NCBI GenBank assembly: GCA_965237785.1
Contig: OZ250159.1
Coordinates: forward strand, 455,989 to 519,988
Length of the DNA: 64,000 nucleotides
Direction: 5' to 3'
Source of the DNA: Candidatus Rariloculaceae bacterium
GTDB taxonomy: Bacteria; Pseudomonadota; Gammaproteobacteria; Steroidobacterales; Rariloculaceae
Under the pieces are notes generated by a model. It was not told the origin of the DNA. It saw only the letters and a program-made list of their open reading frames with translations, and ran no database searches. A program made the position numbers and the translations under genes. Every line of letters starts with the position of its first letter. Position 1 is the first letter of the stretch. This document shows positions 10,223 through 19,060 of the stretch, piece after piece.

Positions 10223-12991
10223 GTGGCACGTAAGAAGCAGGCAACGGGCCGCGCTGGCGCCCGTAAGAAAGGGCGGAGTGCCGGAAGTTACGCACATCCT
10301 GAAGCAAGCGCGCTGCTCCGGCCCGACATAGGTACACAGGCGCAGTTTCGTAAGAAAAAACCGCTGGCCAGGTACCGTTACGACTCCTCGCTTTCTCCAG
10401 CGCTTGACTGGGATGTGCAGAACCCCTCGCGTGAGCACGCTGAGGCGAAAATTGCGGCGCTGTCGGATCGAATTGCAAAGTTATCCGGGATTCTTGATTC
10501 GAAAAATCTGGCAGGAATTCCCGAGAGCGACCTCGCTGAAGTAAGGGCTGAATTAGCTGCGGCACGGGAAGATGCCGCTCAATTGGCAACGCTCTCCAGA
10601 CCGTTTCTCAACTGGACGGGCAAGGCCGAGCGGCTCTCCTTCGACGTACCGACACTGCCGCTGTTCGTCCATGAACGCCTATCGACATCGGCAATCCTGG
10701 AAACCCTGAAAGGGCACACCCGCGACCGTCAGGTGAATATGTTCGATCTGTTCGGGGAGAGTGATCTGCCGATTCACGAACGGTTGCTCAAGGCATATGA
10801 GCACCAGAACGGCTGGGTGAACCGGTTGATCCTTGGCGACGCCCTGGTAGTGATGAATTCCCTACTCAACTACGAGGGGCTCGGTGGTCAAGTGCAGACC
10901 ATCTACATGGATCCCCCCTATGCCGTGAAATTCGGTTCGAACTTCCAGCCGTTCGTGCGCAAACGCGGCGTTACGCACGGCGACGACGAAAACATGATCC
11001 GCGAACCGGAGATGGTGCAAGCCTACCGGGACACATGGGAACTGGGCATTCATTCCTTCCTGACCTATCTGCGGGATCGGCTGACACTGGCGCGGGAAAT
11101 GCTTCATCCTTCCGGAAGTATCTTCGTGCAGATGTCCGACACTAATCTGCATCACGTCCGCGAGGTGCTGGACGAGGTGTTCGGACCCGAGTGCTTCGTC
11201 TCGCAGATCAGCTTTCAGACCACCTCGGGCTTTCGGACCAAGACACTGGCGACACTCGGCGACTTCTTGCTGTGGTATGCGCGAGACCCGGAACGGCTGA
11301 AAGTTAGAAAGTTGTTCGAGGAGCAGCCTGCCATACCGGGCGAGGGGAATGCGAGATGGGTCCTGCTTCCGGACGGAACCTATCGGGGCGTGACCGCTGC
11401 GGAGAAACGCCGGGAAGTGCCACTGCCTGCCGATGCCCGGTATTATAATCCTGATAATTTGCAGTCGCAGGGAGCGGCCCGGGACCCGCAGCCCTTCGAA
11501 TTCGGGGGTAAAGTTTACCAACCGGGCGCCAATTCGCACTGGAAACCCAACTACCCCGACGGGCTTGAGGAGCTTGTCGCTGCGGGTCGGATTCACGTGG
11601 CCGCCAACAGCATTAGATACCGCCGGTTTGCCACGGATTTTCCATTCAAGGAGCGGGGAAACCTCTGGACGGACACCCTCACAGGCAGCTTCACGGGCGA
11701 GAAAACATACGTCGTGCAGACGAATCCCAAGGTTATCGAGCGCTGCCTGCTGATGACCACCGATCCGGGCGACCTCGTTCTGGATCCTACCTGCGGTTCG
11801 GGGACGACCGCCTATTGCGCGGAGAAATGGGGGCGGCGGTGGATCACCGTCGACACTTCCCGAGTACCCATCGCGCTCGCCCGGCAGCGGCTGCTCACCA
11901 GCACTTTCGACTTCTATCAACTCAAGGAGCCTGATCGGGGACCTGCCGGAGGCTTCGACTATCGTCGCAAAACGAACTCCAAGGGGGAAGAAGTCGGCGG
12001 AATCGCGCCACACGTGACACTCGAATCGATCGCTAACAACGAGCCGGCGAAGGAGGAAGTGCTCGTTGACCGGCCGGAAAAGGACGGCGGCATAACGCGC
12101 GTGAGCGGGCCATTCTGGATTGAAGCGACCATACCGACTCCGGTGGATTGGGAGGGGGACGGTGAGGAGGACTCGGGCGACATTCTTGCTGCCGCCGCTT
12201 ACACGAACCATGTAGAGCGTATGGTCGAGGTGCTGCGGCGTTCGCCGGTGCTGCATCTCGGTGGCGGTCGAAGGCTCAGCCTGTCCAAGGTACGTCCGCC
12301 CGCCCGTTCCATGAGTCTGTCCGCGGAGGCTCTGGTGGAAGATGACGGCAAGCAGAGGGTTGCAATTGTCTTCGGACCCGAGAATGGCGCAGTCTCGGAA
12401 ACTCTGGTGTTCGAGGCGGCACGCGAAGCCTACGGCAAAGCATACGACCACCTCTACGCGATCGGATTTGCCATCCAGCCCGACGCAAGGCGTCTGGTCG
12501 AGGAATGCGAGAAAGCGGTCGGAGTGGCCGCGACTTACGTGCAGGCGAGCATGGATCTGGTGATGGGAGACTTGCTCAAGAACCTGCGGTCGAGCCAGAT
12601 TTTCTCGGTCTGTGGGTTGCCGGACATACGGATACGCCGAGCAGAAACGAAAAGCTACCAGGTTGAACTTCTCGGACTCGACGTTTTCGATCCCGTGGAG
12701 ATGGATTCCGACCATCGGAGCGGAAATGACGTCCCCGCGTGGTTCCTCGATACGGACTACAACGGACTCTGTTTCCATGTCTGTCAGGCGTTCTTTCCGC
12801 GGACTTCAGCGTGGAGCGCACTCAGGCGTTCGCTTCGCGGCGAATTCGATGACGATGTGTGGTCACATTTATCGGGCACGGTCAGCACTCCGTTTCAAGC
12901 GGGTGGACACGGCCAGATCGCGGTGAAAGTTGTCGATGATCGAGGCAATGAACTGATGGTCGTCAAGCCGCTTTCGGATACCGAGACGTGA
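10223..12991 (+). CDS. mod: Type III restriction-modification Mod subunit (beta-class N6/N4 DNA methyltransferase)
   Basis: GTG 10223 after AGGAG. Motif IV IYMDPPYAVKF (~10901-10930) precedes motif I LVLDPTCGSGTTA (~11771-11812). The stop overlaps the next start (GTGA at 12988-12991). Confidence 0.88.
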   Translation: MARKKQATGRAGARKKGRSAGSYAHPEASALLRPDIGTQAQFRKKKPLARYRYDSSLSPALDWDVQNPSREHAEAKIAALSDRIAKLSGILDSKNLAGIPESDLAEVRAELAAAREDAAQLATLSRPFLNWTGKAERLSFDVPTLPLFVHERLSTSAILETLKGHTRDRQVNMFDLFGESDLPIHERLLKAYEHQNGWVNRLILGDALVVMNSLLNYEGLGGQVQTIYMDPPYAVKFGSNFQPFVRKRGVTHGDDENMIREPEMVQAYRDTWELGIHSFLTYLRDRLTLAREMLHPSGSIFVQMSDTNLHHVREVLDEVFGPECFVSQISFQTTSGFRTKTLATLGDFLLWYARDPERLKVRKLFEEQPAIPGEGNARWVLLPDGTYRGVTAAEKRREVPLPADARYYNPDNLQSQGAARDPQPFEFGGKVYQPGANSHWKPNYPDGLEELVAAGRIHVAANSIRYRRFATDFPFKERGNLWTDTLTGSFTGEKTYVVQTNPKVIERCLLMTTDPGDLVLDPTCGSGTTAYCAEKWGRRWITVDTSRVPIALARQRLLTSTFDFYQLKEPDRGPAGGFDYRRKTNSKGEEVGGIAPHVTLESIANNEPAKEEVLVDRPEKDGGITRVSGPFWIEATIPTPVDWEGDGEEDSGDILAAAAYTNHVERMVEVLRRSPVLHLGGGRRLSLSKVRPPARSMSLSAEALVEDDGKQRVAIVFGPENGAVSETLVFEAAREAYGKAYDHLYAIGFAIQPDARRLVEECEKAVGVAATYVQASMDLVMGDLLKNLRSSQIFSVCGLPDIRIRRAETKSYQVELLGLDVFDPVEMDSDHRSGNDVPAWFLDTDYNGLCFHVCQAFFPRTSAWSALRRSLRGEFDDDVWSHLSGTVSTPFQAGGHGQIAVKVVDDRGNELMVVKPLSDTET

Positions 12992-14631
12992 TCCACACAG
13001 TCCGAATTTGCGGCTTCAAGCGATTCCAGGATGTGGAATTCCACTTGCCGGGGCACCTGGTTTTAGCAGGTCCCAACAATACCGGTAAAACTACAGTGCT
13101 TCAGGCCATCGCCTCATGGTCGCTTGCCTTGCGGCAGTGGAGAGCGCTGAACGACTTCAATCCTCGACAAGGATACACGAATGCGCCGATTGCCCGGCAT
13201 GCGTTCGCGTCGGTTCCCCTCAGGAGCTTCGATCTGATGTGGACGGACCGCCAATATCGGGGGAAGATCGAGATCGAGATTCGGCACAACACGGGCTGGT
13301 CAGTGACGATGGAGTTCATCGCCGACAGCACGGAGCAGATATACGTTCGGCCAGCGAACACGCCTGCTGATGTTTTACGAGAGCTCGATCTTCGTGCGGT
13401 ATTCATCCCTCCCATGACTGGTCTTGAAGTCGACGAGCCACTTTATCAGCGTCCGAAAATTGAGCAGCTTCTCGGCCTCGGCCGTCCAGGCGATGTCCTG
13501 CGAAATCTGCTGGTGGAAGTGAACACCAACGAGTCTGCTTGGGATGCGCTCCAAGCTTCCATAAAAAAGCTATTCGGCTACGAACTCCTGCCTCCCGATT
13601 CCAGCGGCGCGCACATTCTTTCCGAATACAGGATGGTGGAAGGCGGGCAATCTTTGGACATCGCGAGTGCCGGCAGCGGTTTTCAACAAGTTCTGATGCT
13701 GCTCGCGTTTCTCAACACACGAGAGGGCGCGGTACTGCTCCTGGACGAACCGGACGCGCATCTACACTTGATTCTCCAGGACGCGATTTACCATGAGTTA
13801 CGGACGGTTGCCGCCCGGCAGCATTCGCAGCTCATCGTTGCGACCCACTCTGAGGTCGTGATCAACACGGTCGAACCTCGTGAGTTGTGCGTCTTGGTCA
13901 ACCAACCGCGTATGGTTGCCGACAACGTTGAGCGAGGGAGACTAATTTCTTCGCTTCGCGTATTGAGCAACGCGGACGTGATGCAGGCCCTGAGTGTCCG
14001 TGGCGTCCTTTATGTGGAGGATTTTACTGACATCAATATCCTTCGTTCGTGGGCTGCCCAGCTCGGACACCAGGCCGAGAATCTATTGACCACGGAATTG
14101 ATGTGGAAACCGGTGGTCTTTCAGGCGCAGGACGGACGACCGGGAATCAGGGCGCGGGATCATTTCGATGCCTTGCGGATCGTGCACGACAATCTTCCTG
14201 GACTCGAACTCGTCGACGGTGATGCGCATCCGGCGATCCAGGCCAGCGAGATCACTGGGACTGGCTTGCAGCGGCAACGCTGGCAGCGCTACGAGATCGA
14301 AAGCTACCTCATCCACCCGGATGCGCTCGCCCGTTTCGTGACAGCCATGGTAGGGGCAGACTCTGCTGCACCGCATGTGGAGGACATGCTTGCCTACTGG
14401 CGCGACGAGTTTCCGCCGGCGGTGGTAAGGAATCCGCTCGCTGACCACGAATTCCTGAATACGACCAAGGCTCGTACGCGGCTAATTCCGCCGCTACTGG
14501 AAGCGGCGGAAATCTTCATTCCCTACACCCGCTACCATGAGATTGCAGCGTTGATGCTTCCTGAAGAAATCCACCCCGAAGTCGTGGAGAAACTGGATGC
14601 AATCTGCCTCGCATTCCGAGTCGAGCCGTGA
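12988..14631 (+). CDS. ABC-type ATPase fused to a TOPRIM/DUF4435-like domain (OLD-family / PARIS-like protein)
   Basis: Walker A GPNNTGKTT (13069-13095). Signature-like SAGSGFQQVL. Walker B/D-loop LLLDEPDAHLH (~13735-13767). H-loop VATHSE. C-terminal half has YVEDFTD (~14010-14030), LVDGDAH (~14208-14230) and YEIESYL (~14290-14310), matching the TOPRIM order Glu ... DxD ... E. The ATPase call is confident; the TOPRIM call is motif-level only. Confidence 0.65.
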   Translation: MIHTVRICGFKRFQDVEFHLPGHLVLAGPNNTGKTTVLQAIASWSLALRQWRALNDFNPRQGYTNAPIARHAFASVPLRSFDLMWTDRQYRGKIEIEIRHNTGWSVTMEFIADSTEQIYVRPANTPADVLRELDLRAVFIPPMTGLEVDEPLYQRPKIEQLLGLGRPGDVLRNLLVEVNTNESAWDALQASIKKLFGYELLPPDSSGAHILSEYRMVEGGQSLDIASAGSGFQQVLMLLAFLNTREGAVLLLDEPDAHLHLILQDAIYHELRTVAARQHSQLIVATHSEVVINTVEPRELCVLVNQPRMVADNVERGRLISSLRVLSNADVMQALSVRGVLYVEDFTDINILRSWAAQLGHQAENLLTTELMWKPVVFQAQDGRPGIRARDHFDALRIVHDNLPGLELVDGDAHPAIQASEITGTGLQRQRWQRYEIESYLIHPDALARFVTAMVGADSAAPHVEDMLAYWRDEFPPAVVRNPLADHEFLNTTKARTRLIPPLLEAAEIFIPYTRYHEIAALMLPEEIHPEVVEKLDAICLAFRVEP

Positions 14632-17600
14632 ACCCTCACGAGGTTCCCGAGCCAATCCTGAACTCGCCTTTCGAGGAACCGAGGGAGCATTGGCGCATCG
14701 TGGAGTACGAACCGCCGGAGCGGCGGGTTGGCCGGCGCCCAGCCATGTACTTCTACCGGCCGCCCGGAAGCGAATCCTCGCCGGAACGGCAGGGAGTCGG
14801 AACGGCAATCGGGTTGAAGTTGGTCAACCGGATTCGCGCCAAACTCGCCGAGTGGAGAACATTGGCGCTACGGGGCGAAGGCGGCGTGACTCGAACCACA
14901 ATGGAGTTGTTGCGCTATTGGCGCCGGGAGGATCGCAAGCACCGGCTGTTTTTCGCGCAGCTTGAAGCTGCTGAAACGATCATTTTCCTCGCGGAGGCAC
15001 GGGCGGACTTCTTGCAAGGGATCGATGTCCCGCTCGACCAGCCCAGTGCGGATGCGCAGGCCGACGGAATCCGGGCTTTCCGGCGTTACGCATGCAAGAT
15101 GGCGACGGGCACGGGAAAGACGACGGTCATGGGCATGCTTGCCGCCTGGAGCATTCTCAACAAGGTGACGGATCGGGGAAACGCACGGTACTCGGACGTG
15201 GTACTCGTTGTCTGCCCTAACGTAACAATCCGAAACCGGCTCGAAGAACTCAAGCCGCAAGGGGGCGAAGCCAGCCTGTACCGCACGCGCGACCTCGTCC
15301 CGCCGCGCTTCATGCCGCAACTCGCTCAAGGACACGTGCTGGTCACCAACTGGCACGTGTTCGAACCAAAAGCGATTCAAGTTGCGGGCCAGTCGGCGAA
15401 GGTCGTTCGCGCCGGTCGCGAGGTCCGGACAAGGGAAACTATCCGTATCGGCGCCAAGACAACGACAGTGCGCGGTGTGCGCTATCTGACCTTGAATGCT
15501 CTCGAACGGCAAACGGCCGCTGGGCTGATTGACATTCTGGATGAACACCGGGATCGGCAAGACAACCTCAAGGCCGTCTCGGTGGAATCGTTTCGGTATG
15601 TCGAGAGCGACACCAAGCTCATCGAACGCGTGCTCGGGCGCGAAATCGGAGGCAAACGAAATATCCTGGTCATGAACGACGAAGCCCATCACGCTTATCG
15701 GTTACGGCCCACCGAAACGGACGAAGGCGAGAAAGACTTGTTCGGCGAATTGGACGATGTAGAGGAGTACTACCGAGAGGCCACCGTGTGGGTCGACGGT
15801 CTGGATCGAATTCACAAGCATCGCGGCATCAACCTATGCATCGACCTTTCCGCGACGCCGTACTTTCTGGGGCGGGCCGGACAGGACGCGAACCGCCCGT
15901 TTCCCTGGGTCGTCTGCGATTTTGGGCTCATCGATGCCATCGAGTCGGGTCTGGTCAAGATCCCGCAACTCGCTGTTCGCGACACCAGCGGTAACGCGGT
16001 TCCCGGTTACTTCAACATCTGGCGCTGGATTCTTCCGAAGCTGACGCCAGCGGAACGCGGTGGGAGGCGCGGACGCGTGAAGCCGGAAGCCGTGCTCAAG
16101 TACGCGCACGTGCCGGTGGTGATGCTCGGTGGTTTGTGGGATGCGCTACGTGCGGAGTGGTCGCGGCGCGAAGGAGATAGCCGGCCACCCGTTTTCATCA
16201 TCGTTTGCAACAATACCGCGCTCGCCAAGGTTATTTTTCAGTGGCTCGCCGAGGACAAGGCGCCGGTGGGTATACCCCCGGCGCGGATCGACGAATTGCG
16301 TAACGCGAACGGGAATAACTACACGATTCGCGTGGACTCCAAGGTCGTGCGTGAATCTGACAGCGGGCAGGCGAAGTCTGACGAAGATCGGTGGATGCGT
16401 TTTACGCTGGATACGGTCGGAAAGATCGATTGGCCAATGGACGGGCAAAGGCGCTCTATCTACCCGGAGGGGTTCGAGGCGTTAGCGAAGAAACTTGAGC
16501 GCACACTACATCCGCCTGGCCGGGATGTGCGGTGCATTGTAAGCGTGGGAATGTTAACAGAGGGATGGGACTGCAATACCGTTACCCATATCATCGGACT
16601 TCGCCCCTTCATGTCCCAATTGCTTTGCGAGCAAGTTGTCGGTAGAGGTCTGCGGAGATCCAGCTATGCCGTGGGAGAAGATGGCAAGCTGGGCGAGGAA
16701 GTCGCCAAGATCTTCGGCGTCCCGTTCGAGATCGTGCCGCTGAAGGAGAACCCTCCGGGCGTTGACCCGAAGCCCGACGCGAAGACCTGGCGGATCCGGG
16801 CAGTGCCTGAGAAGGTGCATCTGGAGATTCGTTTTCCGCGCGTGGAGGGCTACATCCAGGGGATCCGGCACCGCGTGAAGGTGGACTGGGAGAACATAGC
16901 CCCGCTCCGACTCGATCCGATGGACATCCCGCCCGAGGTGGAAATGAAGGCGGGGCTTCCGAGCAACACGGGCAGGCCGTCCCTCGTCGGTCCGGGACAT
17001 CTTGAGCGCGTGGATCTCAACCCTTACCGCAAGGGGCGTCGCCTCCAGCAACTGGTATTCGAAATGGCGCGAGACCTTACTCGGGAATACCGGCAACAAC
17101 CCGGCTGCGATGCGCCGGCGCATGTGTTGTTTTCCCAGCTTGCGCTCATCGTCACTCGCTACCTCAAAGAGAAGGTTCATCCCATCGATCCGGCGCGGGA
17201 CGTCGACGCGTTCCTTTCTCCTTGGTACGGGTGGCTCGTGGAACGGCTTGTAACCGCCATCCAGCCAGACAACGAGAGCGGGGAGGATGCCGAGTTGCCA
17301 CGTTTCGAGAGCGGTCGGCGACCCGGATCAACGAACGAGGTTGACTTTGACACGCGTCAAGAACCTTATCCGGTCGTCAAGAGCCATATCAATGCGGTCG
17401 TGCCCGATACGGCCAAGTGGGAGCAAATGGCTGCGTATCGACTGGACAAGCATGACCATGTGCAGGCTTTCGTAAAGAATGCTGGGCTCGGTTTTGCAAT
17501 CCCGTATTTTCACAATGGTGAGCACCATGAGTATCTGCCCGACTTTATTATCCGGCTGACGGGAGACCGAGAGCGCTACCTTATACTGGAAACGAAGGGC

Positions 17601-17753
17601 TACGATCCACTTGAGGAGGTAAAAGCGCAGGCGGCGAACAGGTGGGTCCGGGCTGTGAATACCGACGCGGGCTTCGGCACTTGGGATTATGCCGTCGTAT
17701 CGGATATGAGCAAGGTTGGAGATGAGGTCGACCGGTCGGCGGCCTCATTGTAG
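14628..17753 (+). CDS. res: Type III restriction enzyme Res subunit (SF2 helicase plus C-terminal PD-(D/E)xK nuclease)
   Basis: The GTG start overlaps the upstream stop (GTGA 14628-14631). Motif I KMATGTGKTT (~15096-15131), motif II VMNDEAHHAY (~15666-15695), MLTEGWDCNTV, motif VI QVVGRGLRR (~16631-16657). C-terminal YLPDFIIRL...YLILETKGYD (~17538-17607) is nuclease-like. Confidence 0.9.
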   Translation: MNPHEVPEPILNSPFEEPREHWRIVEYEPPERRVGRRPAMYFYRPPGSESSPERQGVGTAIGLKLVNRIRAKLAEWRTLALRGEGGVTRTTMELLRYWRREDRKHRLFFAQLEAAETIIFLAEARADFLQGIDVPLDQPSADAQADGIRAFRRYACKMATGTGKTTVMGMLAAWSILNKVTDRGNARYSDVVLVVCPNVTIRNRLEELKPQGGEASLYRTRDLVPPRFMPQLAQGHVLVTNWHVFEPKAIQVAGQSAKVVRAGREVRTRETIRIGAKTTTVRGVRYLTLNALERQTAAGLIDILDEHRDRQDNLKAVSVESFRYVESDTKLIERVLGREIGGKRNILVMNDEAHHAYRLRPTETDEGEKDLFGELDDVEEYYREATVWVDGLDRIHKHRGINLCIDLSATPYFLGRAGQDANRPFPWVVCDFGLIDAIESGLVKIPQLAVRDTSGNAVPGYFNIWRWILPKLTPAERGGRRGRVKPEAVLKYAHVPVVMLGGLWDALRAEWSRREGDSRPPVFIIVCNNTALAKVIFQWLAEDKAPVGIPPARIDELRNANGNNYTIRVDSKVVRESDSGQAKSDEDRWMRFTLDTVGKIDWPMDGQRRSIYPEGFEALAKKLERTLHPPGRDVRCIVSVGMLTEGWDCNTVTHIIGLRPFMSQLLCEQVVGRGLRRSSYAVGEDGKLGEEVAKIFGVPFEIVPLKENPPGVDPKPDAKTWRIRAVPEKVHLEIRFPRVEGYIQGIRHRVKVDWENIAPLRLDPMDIPPEVEMKAGLPSNTGRPSLVGPGHLERVDLNPYRKGRRLQQLVFEMARDLTREYRQQPGCDAPAHVLFSQLALIVTRYLKEKVHPIDPARDVDAFLSPWYGWLVERLVTAIQPDNESGEDAELPRFESGRRPGSTNEVDFDTRQEPYPVVKSHINAVVPDTAKWEQMAAYRLDKHDHVQAFVKNAGLGFAIPYFHNGEHHEYLPDFIIRLTGDRERYLILETKGYDPLEEVKAQAANRWVRAVNTDAGFGTWDYAVVSDMSKVGDEVDRSAASL

Positions 17754-17802
17754 TCATCCCGTACTCGGCAGGATTAAAACTTGATTAAGCGATAGTAGCG
17801 GC

Positions 17803-19011
17803 CTACTGGAGGACAAACTTCTGCACGCGCTTGCCGGTCAGGACCTCGCCCGTGTAGATGTTGCCCTGTGAATCGCTGGCGATGCCGTCGATCCAGTAGA
17901 ACTGCCCGGCGTTGCGGCCGGGGCTTCCGAATTGCCCCACCTCCTCGCCGGTGAAGCGATCATGGATCCACACCCTGTGGTTCGTGCCGTCGGCGACGAA
18001 TACGTATTGCTGGTTCTCATCGTGGGAAAACGCCAGGTTGTAGGTGGTTCCGCACATGGGCCACTCGTTGCTGCCGGGGCCACCGCAGCCGGTTCCGTCC
18101 GGATTGCTGCGCGCCTGCGTGTTCGGGGACACCATGAACTCCGATACGTACTCGCCGGCCTTGGTGAAGACCTGGATTCGATTCATGCCGCGCTCGCAAA
18201 CATAGACCAGTCCATCGTCGGAAAGCATGACGCAGTGAACGGCCGGGACAAAACCGTCGTGATCGGGCGGCGGCCCACCGGTCCATAGGTAACCAGGCTC
18301 GGGGTCGTTGCTGATTTCACTGAGCGGTTTGCCGCGTCCGCCCCAGCCTCGCTTGTAGTCGCCATTGTCCATGTCGTATACAAGCACGCGCTTGCCGTTT
18401 TCGAGCACGTAGATCTCGCGTGCTTCCTCATCCAGGGCGATGTTGAATACGCCGTTGCGGAGGATTTCGGTTTCCTGATTGTCCTGGAAGTTGCGCGGCA
18501 TCGGCGCCTCGCCGGGGGCGGGCCTCGACCCACGATGGGGAAAATCCCAGAGAAACTCGCCTTCCCGGGTGAACTTCATGAGACCCTCGCCTTGACCCAG
18601 CGCCGCGACCCAGACGTTGAACTCGCTGTCGACAATCACTGTCTGCGGCCGTGTGGGCCAAAGGGGATGGTGATCCGGGCCGCCCCAGGCATTGACCACG
18701 TTCCCCGCCGGATCGAACTCGACGATATCGGGCGCGGCGATGCAGCAATCGCCTCGGGGCGGATCGTAGGAGGCCATGGCCTCATCGGGCCGTATGTCGT
18801 CGGACCGACTGATGATCCAGACGTGGTCCCGGTCATCCGTGGTCATGGTCGGTACCCCCTGGACAATCCAGGCATTGGGCAGTGGCACGTTGGGCCAGAA
18901 AGGATCCACCTGGTACTGCGGGACCGGGACGTCTTGAGCCTGGACGCCCGAAAGCGGAATGAGCCCGAAGAGCGCGATCGCGATTAAAGGAGTTGACGGC
19001 CGAATTCTCAT
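17803..19011 (-). CDS. NHL-repeat beta-propeller protein (secreted)
   Basis: ATG 19011 after AGGAGG gives the signal peptide MRIRPSTPLIAIALFGLIPLSGVQAQ. NHL-type repeats include VADGTNHRVWIHD...GSPGRNAGQFYWIDGIASDSQGNIYTGEV..KRVQKF. ORF-track start 19164 is probably spurious. Confidence 0.8.
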   Translation of the reverse strand: MRIRPSTPLIAIALFGLIPLSGVQAQDVPVPQYQVDPFWPNVPLPNAWIVQGVPTMTTDDRDHVWIISRSDDIRPDEAMASYDPPRGDCCIAAPDIVEFDPAGNVVNAWGGPDHHPLWPTRPQTVIVDSEFNVWVAALGQGEGLMKFTREGEFLWDFPHRGSRPAPGEAPMPRNFQDNQETEILRNGVFNIALDEEAREIYVLENGKRVLVYDMDNGDYKRGWGGRGKPLSEISNDPEPGYLWTGGPPPDHDGFVPAVHCVMLSDDGLVYVCERGMNRIQVFTKAGEYVSEFMVSPNTQARSNPDGTGCGGPGSNEWPMCGTTYNLAFSHDENQQYVFVADGTNHRVWIHDRFTGEEVGQFGSPGRNAGQFYWIDGIASDSQGNIYTGEVLTGKRVQKFVLQ

Positions 19012-19060
19012 TTGCGTGCCTCCTGTTTTGGACAGCTGTTGGCGTCGGCGAATTTCATTG

